Part shown: positions 12,755 through 23,000 of the stretch, piece after piece
Numbering within the stretch: position 1 is the first letter of the stretch
How the letters are laid out: each line of letters begins with the position of its first letter
Origin: Azolla caroliniana
Taxonomy: Eukaryota; Plantae; Polypodiophyta
Direction of reading: 5' to 3'
Length of the DNA stretch: 64,000 nucleotides
Assembly (NCBI GenBank): GCA_043228905.1
Contig: JBHGNT010000017.1
Span: 10,664,001-10,728,000 of the forward strand
Notes under the pieces: model-generated
The model's input: only the letters and a program-made list of their open reading frames with translations
What the model was told of the DNA's origin: nothing
Databases searched by the model: none
Translations under genes and position numbers: made by a program

Positions 12755-13093
12755 CGGTGTGGCCCACAACCTCCTGCTGTGGTCATCTATGAACTTCACG
12801 AAGTACAACGCTCCGGCATGGGACTTCGTGTCCACTTGACACACATCTGTATGCACCAACTCCAATGGTGCATTACGTCTCATCAGTGGCCTTGATCGGA
12901 AGGAGGTCCGATTTTGCTTACCGGCTAGGCAGTCAGTGCACCTCTCAAGATGCACGTTCTTCACCGGAATGAGGTTGTTATCGGCAAGCCTCTTCATCCC
13001 CTTCTCGCTCATGTGGCACAGTCTCTTGTGCCACAACTCACCGGCAGTGTCAGAAGCCACGTTCACTTCTTCCGGGCATAACCGGGCATTCAT
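12755..13093 (-). mobile_element. Copia A-family fragment (GAG-pre-integrase / integrase N-terminus), host of Copia A and T2
   Basis: ORF 12752-13198 closely matches the peptides encoded at ~945-1285. Confidence 0.9.
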
Positions 13094-13144
13094 TGTCATG
13101 ACTTGAGAATATGAGAGAGAAAAATAAGATGACAGTAGAAGGTA

Positions 13145-13196
<52 letters not shown>

Positions 13197-13332
13197 ACTA
13201 GAAATGGAAAGAGAGTTTATATTATAAGAGAGCAAGGATTACAAAGAGTAGGCTAAGGGGCTACAAACTGGTGTTGAACCGAAGGAGTTGTGATGAATGA
13301 ATAAACACCTATTTATAGGTCCTTATGGAGTA

Positions 13333-13448
13333 TTCTAGAATGTTCTAGAATATTTTAGATATTTATGATATTTAATATAATCATGGAATATCCTAGAATG
13401 TTCTAGAATACTCTAGATAGTTCTGGAATACTCTAGAATGTTCTAGAA
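13333..13448. promoter_or_regulatory. Heat-shock-element-like array in T2 U3
   Basis: TTCtaGAAtgTTCtaGAA plus further alternating nGAAn units just upstream of the minus-strand TATA (CTATAAATA ~13309-13318). Confidence 0.7.
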
Positions 13449-13508
13449 TACTCTAAATGTCTTGTAATAATGAATAATACATTTATTATAACTATACATC
13501 ATATATGT

Positions 13509-13563
13509 TAGGATAATGGTTAAAGGTCTAACATATAGACCAAGACGTCTTGGGCTCGAATCC
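13509..13563 (+). promoter_or_regulatory. tRNA-like Pol III A-box/B-box module, antisense to T2
   Basis: A box TAGGATAATGG, B box GGCTCGAATCC, starts 44 nt apart; internal hairpin GGTCTA/TAGACC. Confidence 0.6.
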
Positions 13564-14266
13564 TTGTAAGGCCAAAATGTATGTCGTCATGACATTATCC
13601 CCTCTTTTCGACGACGAGTTCCACGAGTTGGAAGACAAGATTTCGGACTTGGCTTATGAGGATATTTTTTGTGAAATGCAACAACCATTTCGGAGGCATT
13701 AGCAAGATTCTCAAGAGGTTCCCATGTTCGATCATTAGGTGTATAACCTAACCAATCAACCAAATAATACAGTTTGTTGCGAACGATCTTGGAGTCGAAA
13801 ATGGCAGCAACTTCATATTCGGAGCCATCCGAAACTTCGATTGGAGGTGGGGGAGATGTAAGACGGCTTGGAATAGAGCTGGTTGTGTATGGCTCCAAAA
13901 GTGAAACATGGAAGACCGGGTGAAGATGCATATGAGGGGGAAGATCAAGGCGAAATGCCACATCATTGATCTTACCAGATATCACATATGGGCCAAAACG
14001 TTGATAATCCAATTTGCAGCATGGTCAGGTTGTTTTAATGCGACCTTGTAAAAGCCATACTCGATCCCCCACTTGAAACGTAGTCAATGAATCACGTCGA
14101 TGACGGTCGACAACCTTCTTTTGAGTGTTTTGAGCATCACATAAATGGTGCGAAAGGATATCTTGAACTTTTTGGAGTCGGGTGAGCCGATCTTCAGCAA
14201 CCGAGTTTGTCGGGAGTTCGGGATGTTCAAGCATAGTCCAACCAGGATGGTGTCATGATATGGCAA

Positions 14267-14320
14267 GACTCGAACCTATGACCTTAGGTTATATGGGTCA
14301 AGCTCTTGACCATTAGACCA
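14267..14320 (-). promoter_or_regulatory. tRNA-like Pol III A-box/B-box module, antisense to T1 (second copy at 19276-19329)
   Basis: A box TGGTCTAATGG, B box GGTTCGAGTC, starts 44 nt apart. Confidence 0.68.
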
Positions 14321-14396
14321 TCTATTGTAATACGTAGGATATTATTTTCATTTACATTTTATTATAGGAAATTAGTGTATATTCCAGATTTCTCTG

Positions 14397-14414
14397 GAAC
14401 ATTCTAGAAGCTTC
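14397..14414. promoter_or_regulatory. Four-unit heat shock element in T1 U3
   Basis: GAAcaTTCtaGAAgcTTC ~20 bp upstream of TATAAAA; identical in the 3' LTR. Confidence 0.72.
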
Positions 14415-14531
14415 AGGATTACTCCTGAAAACACTATAAAAGAGGGCACTAGGCATTATGTTGAACCAATTTGCCTACCTTCTGTCTCTCTCATTTCCTA
14501 CTAATCTTTTATTCCTCTTTTCTTTCATCCC

Positions 14532-15683
14532 ATGGCCACTGTTAGCGCTGAAGAATATCAATCTGTTTTCTCGGAATTCCAATGCTTGAAGGAGAAGTTC
14601 CATGCTTTGGAACAAGAAAACCAACGGTTGCTGGGGGATCTTCAGCAAATCTCCTTAGAAAAGCAGCAAACGCAACAACAACATGGGGAACTTGCGTTAC
14701 GCGTGCAACAACTCGAAGCCACCATCGTAGCGATGCAACAACATGGGCCCGGAACACAAGGGATTCATAAAGAACCTAAGATTGGCCTTCCCACGAAGTT
14801 CGATGGAACGCGATCGCAGTTTAGAGGGTTCCTTAACCAGGTACGATTAGTTATTCAAATGCATCCTTCCCGATATCCCACCGATGCATCACGAGTGGGT
14901 TTAGTAGGCACTTTGTTAAGTGGCTCAGCGTTGTCATGGTTCGCTCCACTATTAGAAAAGGAATCTCCGTTACTCAACAATTTTGAAGAGTTTCTAGGTG
15001 AGTTTAAAGCATGTTTCGGAGATACTGACAGCATCAGGACCGCAATCAACAAAATCCGGCGATTACGCCAAGGTGACCGTCCAGCCTCCGCATACGCTGC
15101 AGATTTTCGCCTACTCGCCGCCGATATCCCTTGGGATGATCAAGCGTTGATGGAGCAATTCCGTTATGGTTTACGCAACGACGTCAAGGATTTACTCTTG
15201 ACCTTCCCCGAAGAGCCAAAGTCCTTAACAGAAGCAATCAGTCGCGCGGTGAGATGTGACAACCGCCTCTTTGAGCAACGTTCGGAACGACAGCTACAGA
15301 TGCCGAGGGCAAGATCAGAGCCCTCCTACGCCTCAGTGGTAGCAAGACCTTTTCCGAGGGAGTCATATAATGCGTCTCCAGCGAATACTCCGACTCCGAT
15401 GGAGATTGACACTACACGTCGTCGAGGGCTATTATCCGAAGAAGAAAAGCAGCGACGTCGTACAAATCGACTATGTCTTTACTGCGGTGGACCAGGACAT
15501 ATCGCAATAAATTGCCCCCATAGGCCAAGAAGACAGGTAAACCAAATAGTCGCTAGTTCTAATTGTACTAAATCCGAACCTATTTCAGTAGGGATATCTG
15601 ATAGTCCTAATAGTACTAATATCCCAGATCTAGCAAACAAATTTGATGTCCTTAGTCAGTTAGAAGAAGAGTTAAACGACTAA
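14532..15683 (+). CDS. gag: T1 Gag (coiled coil, Ty3/PEG10-like capsid, CCHC knuckle), 383 aa
   Basis: KFDGTRSQFRGFL, LRQG, PTPMEID, CLYCGGPGHIAINC. Confidence 0.95.
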   Translation: MATVSAEEYQSVFSEFQCLKEKFHALEQENQRLLGDLQQISLEKQQTQQQHGELALRVQQLEATIVAMQQHGPGTQGIHKEPKIGLPTKFDGTRSQFRGFLNQVRLVIQMHPSRYPTDASRVGLVGTLLSGSALSWFAPLLEKESPLLNNFEEFLGEFKACFGDTDSIRTAINKIRRLRQGDRPASAYAADFRLLAADIPWDDQALMEQFRYGLRNDVKDLLLTFPEEPKSLTEAISRAVRCDNRLFEQRSERQLQMPRARSEPSYASVVARPFPRESYNASPANTPTPMEIDTTRRRGLLSEEEKQRRRTNRLCLYCGGPGHIAINCPHRPRRQVNQIVASSNCTKSEPISVGISDSPNSTNIPDLANKFDVLSQLEEELND

Positions 15684-15722
15684 GTCCAGCCAAAATAGGA
15701 GCCGTTTGGTTGGACAGCCCTA
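15671..15722 (+). promoter_or_regulatory. -1 frameshift signal (G UUA AAC plus stem-loop or pseudoknot)
   Basis: Heptamer in gag frame, 6-nt spacer, 11-bp stem GTCCAGCCAAA/TTTGGTTGGAC, loop TAGG can pair with downstream CCTA; pol is in the -1 frame and open from the heptamer. Confidence 0.8.
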
Positions 15723-18700
15723 GATCTGTGCAGCCCATTAGTGGTTCCATTCCCTCTAAGCAAGTTAGTGATGTGTTCGTAGCCCAAGTAATAGTTAGTA
15801 CTAAAAGTACCCCTCCAGTACATGTCCTAGCACTCCTAGATTCCGGAGCTAACTCTTGCTTTATGGATAAGAAATTTGCTCAAGCTCATAAGATATCCAT
15901 AAGAAAACTCCAGTGTCCAGCCTCTATAGTAGTCATTGATGGACGTCCCATTGCTTCCGGAAATATCCTAGAAGAGTTAGAGCCCATTAATATTGTCCTA
16001 GATAACTTAGTATGTGTAGTATCATTTAATATTATTAGTATCCCAGAACATCCTATAGTTTTAGGACTACCGTGGTTCGAGTTACATAACCCTGACATAG
16101 ATTGGAGAACAAGAGAAATCCGGTGTCGACAAACCCAAGGGTCAACTCAGAAGATGGCAACCATTTCGCTACGTCAGTTGCGTAAAGAAGGGCACAAGGA
16201 GGAAATGTTCCTCTTTGCAATATCAGTAAACCCCTCCAACACCACTAAAGAAGAATCCACCGTTCAACTTCCCGAGAAGTATCGCCATTACACCGATGTG
16301 TTCGATAAAGTACAAGCCAACACACTTCCTCATCATCGACCGTACGATTGCCCCATCGATTTACAACCGGGAAAAGAGCCGCCATGGGGACCGATCTACA
16401 ATTTGTCACCAACCGAGCCGGAAGTCCTTCGGGCCTATATAGAGGATAATTTGGAAAATGGTTTCATTCGGCATTCGAAATCTCCAGCCTGTGCGCCCAT
16501 TTTCTTCGTCAAGAAAAAAGATGGATCGTTTCGTCTCGTTGTAGATTACCGTGGCTTAAATAAGGTTACAATCAGGAATAGGTATGCTCTTCCCCTTATC
16601 TCAAGTCTTTTAGAACGGATCAATGGTGCCAGGTTCTTCACGAAGATCGACTTACGGGGAGCATATAACCTCGTACGGATCCGACCAGGAGACGAATGGA
16701 AGGCCGCATTTCGCACCAGATATGGGCACTTCGAGTATACTGTCATGCCGTTCGGCCTCACTAATGCGCCGGCAGTCTTCCAGCACATGGCTAATGATAT
16801 ATTCCGAGATCTATTGGATGATTGTTTGATCATCTATTTGGATGATCTACTGGTTTATTCAAAGACCCAAGAAGAACATGATTCTCATGTACTATTAGTA
16901 CTAAAACGACTTCGAGAACATGGTCTGTATGCAAAGCTAGAAAAATGTAGTTTCGGGTGCAACCAAGTGGAATTTCTCGGCTACATCATTTCGTCAAAAG
17001 GCATCTCCATGGACCCAGCTAAGGTTAGAACGGTGGTAGAATGGCAGACTCCGCGTTCGGTATGGGATGTGCAATGCTTCTTAGGCTTTGCCAATTTTTA
17101 CCGGAAGTTCATACAGGATTACTCAAAGATCGTTCTACCTCTCACACAACTTACCAGGAAGGGACAACCGTTCACCTGGTCTGAAGAAACGGACATGGCT
17201 TTCGAGAGTCTTAAAAAAGCATTTACATCGGCTCCAATTCTAGCTCATGTCGATCCGGAGAAACCATTCATTATCGAAGCTGACGCATCGGATTTTGCAT
17301 TGGGGAGCATTCTGTCACAACAGGGGAATGATGAAAAGCTACATCCTGTGGCTTTTCACTCACGCAAGTTTGATGCCGCCGAAATCAACTACGAAATCCA
17401 TGATAAGGAGCTATTGGCAATAGTGGATTCTTTTATGCAATGGAGGCATTTTTTGGAGGGATCCTCTCATCCAGTCACTGTATTTAGTGACCACAAGAAT
17501 CTTGCCTACTTTCAGGATGCTCGTGTGTTGAATCGACGTCAAGCTCGGTGGGCCCACTTCCTCACGCGTTTCGACTTCAAAATTACATATCGTCCGGGGA
17601 GGCACCAAGGGAAGGCAGATGCATTATCACGGCGTTCGTATCTAGCACCCCGTCCCGGCGAGCCAGCTTTCGATAACCAAAAACAAGTCATCTTGGGACC
17701 GGCACGATTACAAGCAACACAAATATTTGACATGCCTATGGATTCCCGCGTTATCGATACCATACGTGAAGACTTGAAGACAGATGCGTTCGCCCAAGCT
17801 ATACTAGCACAAATTGATCCCTCTCGAGCGTTGTGTTCACAGTCGCAACCACCAGGTACGGACTATCGGCAATTCAAATACCATGATGGATTACTCTTCT
17901 TTAAAGAACTTTTGTATGTTCCTAATGGTTCTTGCCGCCTTCGAGTAGTACAAAACTGTCATGACACATATACAGCTGGGCATTTTGGTAGTACTAAAAC
18001 ATTACATTTAGTACAACGATCATTCTGGTGGCCCTGTATGCGACAATTTGTCGAGGATTTTGTTCGGACTTGTGATACATGTTGCAGAGCGAAAATGCCA
18101 AGGCATCATCCATATGGTTTATTAGAACCATTATCAATTCCAAGCAAGCCGTGGCAATCCATTGCTCTAGACTTCATCACAGATCTTCCAGTCTCTAAGG
18201 GGTTCAATGCGATTCTAACGGTGGTCGATCGATATACGAAGATGGCTCATTTCTTGCCATGTACTAAGGAGATCTCCAGTGAAGACACTGCCGAAATTGT
18301 CATGCGTGAAGTATGTCGGCATCATGGACTCCCCGATAGTATCATCAGCGACCGTGGACCCCAGTTCGTGTCAAAATTCTGGAAGCACCTTTTTAACATG
18401 CTCAAGGTCACTTGTAACCTCTCTTCCGGCTACCACCCACAAACTGACGGCCAAGCTGAACGAACAAATCAAACGTTGGAGCAGTATCTGCGGTGCTTTC
18501 TCAGCTATCATCAGGACGACTGGGCAAATATTCTCCACTTCGCCAAATTTGCCTATAACAACTCTATCCACGCATCCACTAAAGTTACGCCATTTTATGC
18601 TTATACGGGATGTCACCCCCGGTGGAGTGTACTTGAAACCCCAGAGGTGTCCACAAATCCGTGCGCGGAGGATCGTTTGGAGCGGTTACGCAAGATACAA

Positions 18701-19267
18701 GCAGATTTATCTACTCATCTCCAGCAAGCTCAACAAACACACAAGGTCTACGCGGATCGTCATCGACTTCCATCTAGTTTTAATATTGGAGATCGGGTGT
18801 GGTTGCTACGACGACACATCAAGACTACTCGCCCATGTGAGAAGTTGGATTATCGGCGATTAGGTCCTTTCCGTATTATTGGAAAGATTAATGATGTTGC
18901 TTTTCGTCTCGATCTACCTCCTCAACTTCGGATACATCCGGTGTTTCATAGTTCTCTCTTCGAACCCTACCACGAGAGCACCATCCCAGAACGTCTTATC
19001 CAACCTCCACCCCCGATCGAGCTTGAAGATGGGCCAGAGTACGAGGTTGCCGCCATTCTTGATTCCAAGATTGTTCGCAACAAGCTCTACTATCTAGTCG
19101 ATTGGCTAGGCTATAGTCCCAGCGAACGTACTTGGGAACCGATCGAGAATGTAACCAATGCTCGTGCTCTTCTTGAAGACTTCCATCGTCAATATCCACA
19201 CAAACCGGGTCCTCAATCCAAGACGACTCGTGACACTCGTCGTTTTAAAGGGGGGATAGTGTCATGA
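15710..19267 (+). CDS. pol: T1 Pol (protease, RT, RNase H, integrase, chromodomain); probably reached by -1 frameshift
   Basis: Uninterrupted 1185-aa ORF: LLDSGA, MPFGLTNAP, YLDD, ADASD, SDRGPQF, QTDGQAER, GPF, C-terminal chromodomain. Confidence 0.96.
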   Translation: MDSPRSVQPISGSIPSKQVSDVFVAQVIVSTKSTPPVHVLALLDSGANSCFMDKKFAQAHKISIRKLQCPASIVVIDGRPIASGNILEELEPINIVLDNLVCVVSFNIISIPEHPIVLGLPWFELHNPDIDWRTREIRCRQTQGSTQKMATISLRQLRKEGHKEEMFLFAISVNPSNTTKEESTVQLPEKYRHYTDVFDKVQANTLPHHRPYDCPIDLQPGKEPPWGPIYNLSPTEPEVLRAYIEDNLENGFIRHSKSPACAPIFFVKKKDGSFRLVVDYRGLNKVTIRNRYALPLISSLLERINGARFFTKIDLRGAYNLVRIRPGDEWKAAFRTRYGHFEYTVMPFGLTNAPAVFQHMANDIFRDLLDDCLIIYLDDLLVYSKTQEEHDSHVLLVLKRLREHGLYAKLEKCSFGCNQVEFLGYIISSKGISMDPAKVRTVVEWQTPRSVWDVQCFLGFANFYRKFIQDYSKIVLPLTQLTRKGQPFTWSEETDMAFESLKKAFTSAPILAHVDPEKPFIIEADASDFALGSILSQQGNDEKLHPVAFHSRKFDAAEINYEIHDKELLAIVDSFMQWRHFLEGSSHPVTVFSDHKNLAYFQDARVLNRRQARWAHFLTRFDFKITYRPGRHQGKADALSRRSYLAPRPGEPAFDNQKQVILGPARLQATQIFDMPMDSRVIDTIREDLKTDAFAQAILAQIDPSRALCSQSQPPGTDYRQFKYHDGLLFFKELLYVPNGSCRLRVVQNCHDTYTAGHFGSTKTLHLVQRSFWWPCMRQFVEDFVRTCDTCCRAKMPRHHPYGLLEPLSIPSKPWQSIALDFITDLPVSKGFNAILTVVDRYTKMAHFLPCTKEISSEDTAEIVMREVCRHHGLPDSIISDRGPQFVSKFWKHLFNMLKVTCNLSSGYHPQTDGQAERTNQTLEQYLRCFLSYHQDDWANILHFAKFAYNNSIHASTKVTPFYAYTGCHPRWSVLETPEVSTNPCAEDRLERLRKIQADLSTHLQQAQQTHKVYADRHRLPSSFNIGDRVWLLRRHIKTTRPCEKLDYRRLGPFRIIGKINDVAFRLDLPPQLRIHPVFHSSLFEPYHESTIPERLIQPPPPIELEDGPEYEVAAILDSKIVRNKLYYLVDWLGYSPSERTWEPIENVTNARALLEDFHRQYPHKPGPQSKTTRDTRRFKGGIVS

Positions 19268-19530
19268 TATGGCAAGACTCGAACCCATGACCTTAGGTTA
19301 TATGGGTCGAGCTCTTGACCATTAGACCATCTATTGTAATACGTAGGATATTATTTTCATTTACATTTTATTATAGGAAATTAGTGTATATTCCAGATTT
19401 CTCTGGAACATTCTAGAAGCTTCAGGATTACTCCTGAAAACACTATAAAAGAGGGCACTAGGCATTATGTTGAACCAAATTGGTTCAACGCCAGTCTTAA
19501 GCATTTTAGCCACCGTTGTATATTCTCTTC
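19260..19530 (+). repeat. T1 3' LTR, 3'-truncated
   Basis: Matches 14251-14469, continues through TTGGTTCAACGCC, then fuses to T2 integrase without a TCATGACA terminus. Confidence 0.85.
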
Positions 19531-20053
19531 AAATGATCTACTACCGTGAGAATAGAATCAAAACCCTTGGAAGGTGGTAGATCCGTAATGAGGTCCAATG
19601 AAAAGATTTCCATTGACTCTCAGGAATAGGCATTGGCTGTAATAAGCCATATGGATGACGTTGAGGTTTTTTGGATCGGCAACATATATCACAACTATGA
19701 ACATAATCCGTAACAAAATGGCGAAGTCGTGGCCACCAATACCTTCAAGAAATTAACGCCGAAGTCTTGTGAATGCCAAAATGTCCAGCCATTGGTGTAT
19801 CATGACATTGTTGCAAGCGTTGGAGTCGAGACGGACCATTAGGCACATATAAGAGATTTTGTCGAAAAAGTAAACCATCATGCCAATTGAACTGGTTGTA
19901 GTCTTGACGAGGATTTTGAGATTGTGAACAAGAAGCACGATCTGGGATAATATGGTTCAGAATATCTTGGGTGAATTCATCAGTCTCAATATGCTCCCGA
20001 ATGGAGTCTAGAAAACTTGAATCCTCGGGTGTGTCTATAGCATGAAAAGCCAT

Positions 20054-23000
20054 TTAGCTGCATATATAAGTCTAATTAGCTGCATATATAAGTCACTTAT
20101 GTACTTAGGTAAAAAGTAAGTAACTAGTAAGTAGAAGAGTGAGAGTAGTGCTGAGAGTAGAAAGAATAGAAAAACAGAAAACTGACGAGAGCGAGTTGAG
20201 CTCTGCGTGTAATGAGATAGAAGTTTTTGGACTATGCAAATGTAAGTCTCCTTCCCCTTCCCCTTTTTTTCTTGAGCACTAAACGATCTAGCACATCACG
20301 ATCCGCTGTGCACACAGAAGAGTCGTAGCGCCTTCGTAACATGGTATCAGAGCAAAGTTGCTCATAAAGAAGAGTATAGTAGTGCACAGATCTGAGAAGG
20401 TTATTTCTCTGTTTGTTGGTCTGAATCAGAGAGTTACCTTTTGAAGTAATCGTAGCAAAAGCCCTAATAGAAAGAGAAAATGGATGCTGAGAATGCAGGC
20501 CAAATCGTTACAGAGAAATTAGATAAAAACAATTTCCCGGCGTGGAAATTTAGAATGACAAATTTCCTGATGGGGAAAGGATATTGGGATTACATTTAAG
20601 GAGACCTAGAAGAGGCTCCAGAGATCCCTGAAGAAAATGCATCTGCTGCACAAATAAAAAGCATTTAAGGAATGGAACCAAGGGGCAAGAAAGGTATTGC
20701 ATTGGCTCTCACTTAGCATCTCAGATTCAATGCTTGGACACATACAAGATACTATGCTTCCAAAAGAAGCTTGGGGTAGTTTAGTAAAACTGTTTGCAGT
20801 GAATACAAAGGCAAGAAAGCTCCAGTTGAAGATTGAGCTAAATACCTTGGAAAAAGGTATGATGTCAGTGAATGAGTATGCTTTGAAAATAAAGAGCATA
20901 TGTGAATCACTTGCTTCTATCAATGTGAAGGTAGAAGATGATGATAAGGTGGAAATATGCTTAAGAGGCTTAGGACCTCAATACAAGAGTTTCAAAACAT
21001 CTATTCTCACAAGGGATAGTATCCCAAGTTTTCCAGATCTAGTTTCAATGCTTGTAGTAGAAGAAAGAAATCAAATGGATGATGTAAACAAGGGAAACTC
21101 ATAGACTGAGGGGCAAGCCCTCTACAATAGTGCTGGAAGAGGCCGAGGAAGAGGCCATGGAAGAGGCCATGGAAGATTTGGTTCAACTAGAACCAACAAT
21201 AACTATAAGGGAAGAGGACAACAAGCCATTAGTGGAAGAAACAACATCAGAGGTAGGGGGAGCAACCGAGGAAGAGGTAAGCAAACCAAGCCACACACTG
21301 GCTGAATGCTATAAAAAGCAAAATGATGAGACAAGAGGGAAGAGACAACAAAATAATTATGCCACAATTAGTGAAGACTGTGATAAAGATGGTGCATTTG
21401 TGATGCAACATGAAACAGCAGCAGTGGTTGAATGTTCACAGAGATGCAATGAAGAGTTTATGTGGTATGTAGATTCTGGGGCATCTAATAATATGACAAG
21501 ACATAAAAACTGGTTTGAAAGTCTAAGTAAGAGAACCAGAGGTTCCTGGTTATGTACAGACAGGTGATAATACCACTCACCAAATAGAGCATGTTGGAGA
21601 TATCCCATTGTGGGAAGAAAAAGGAAAAACAAAGTATATGCTGAATGTGATGCATGTTCCAAACCTTGCAAAAAATCTGATTTTTGTTGGACAAATAGTA
21701 GAGCAAGGAATGCAAGTGAAGTTTAAGCAAAGTGGATGCTTCATAGAGAAAAATGGAAAGCTCATTGCAAAAGGAAAATGAGAAGGAAGGATGTTTGTGT
21801 TAGATGTGGATATGACTAGGAAGATTACAACCATGTTTACAGAAGGAATGAGTGTAATCTCAGAAATGGAAATGTGGCATAAAAGAATCGGTCACATAAG
21901 TATGCAAACATTGAAAAATATGTTGAGGAAAGATGTAGTGGCTAGACTGCCTAAGCTCAAAGACTGTGAGATGGGAAAAGTATGTGAAGAATGCCAATAT
22001 GGAAAGCAAAATAGGTTGCCTTTCCCTCATGAAAGACATGTAAGTAAAAATCTATTGGATTTCGTACATACGAATGTATGGGGACCAACAAAAAATGCAT
22101 CTATTGGTGGCTGCAGATTTTATGTAACATTTATTGATGATTGCTCAAGGAAAACATGGGTGTACTTTATGAAAGAGAAAAGTGAAGTATTTGATTGCTT
22201 CCGTAATTTCAAATGTATGGTAGAAAAACAAGCCGGAACAAAAATAAAATGTCTAAGATCTGATGGAGGAGGAGAATACTTCTCAAATGAGTTTTTTGAT
22301 TTTCTATGTAATCAAGGGATAAGGAGATAGTTTACATGTAGATATACTCCACAACAAAATGTAGTTGCTAAGAGGAAAAACAGAACTTTGGTGAACATAG
22401 CAAGAGCCTTAAGGACAGAAAAAAATATGCCATTGTACTACTGGGCAGAAGCTGTAAACACAACAAACTATATCTTAAATAGACATATAACATTTGGAGT
22501 ACATGAGGTAACTCTTGAAGAATGTTTCTATGGAAGGAAACCTAGCTTAGGACACTTGAAAGTGTTTTGATGCCTTGCATATGTACATGTACATATTGAA
22601 GTGAGAAGCTTGATCCAAAAGCTGAAAAATGTATTTTTGTTGGATATTCAGAAGAGCAAAAGGGTATAGATGCTATAATCCTCTGACAAAAAATATTGTG
22701 ATAAGTTGGGATGTAATATTTGATGAGTTGGGCAGTTGGTATAGCCCAAAACAGAATGCAGAGATTGATGAAGACTATGAAAATGAAGACAGGGATAAAT
22801 CTGAAAATGTAAGAGATAACCACAGAGATGGAAGCAATGTTGGACAACAAAGTTCAACATCAATGGAATGTACTGGACCATTTGGAAGCTCAGGTAGTAA
22901 ATCTGAATCTAATGCATGGAGTGGAAAAAATGCAAGACAGAAAAAATATGATGGTAAAAAGGGAAAATAGAAAATGCCAGAACATGAGATGCTTGATGAT

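Larger units (their letters stand above)
13094..13594 (-). repeat. T2 3' LTR (501 bp) with (GA)n tract, HSE array and TATA
   Basis: 8-bp terminal inverted repeats; adjacent PPT. Confidence 0.92.
14251..19530 (+). mobile_element. Young Tcn1-like chromovirus T1 with intact ORFs; both LTRs partly deleted
   Basis: LTR starts TGTCATGA at 14251 and 19260; 2 differences seen in ~218 shared bp; PPT AAAGGGGGGATAG. Confidence 0.95.
13094..20053 (-). mobile_element. Degenerate Tcn1-like chromovirus T2: 3' LTR 13094-13594, integrase-chromodomain 13587-14250, integrase N-part ~19531-20053; split by T1
   Basis: Chromodomain EYEVAAIFDSK...DWLGY...TWEP; PPT AAAAGAGGGGATAA; LTR TGTCATGA...TCATGACA. Confidence 0.9.

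Noticed and set aside
14532-15683. Domesticated PEG10/RTL-like host gene
   Set aside because: Flanked by near-identical LTRs and followed by a complete pol, so it is an ordinary retrotransposon gag
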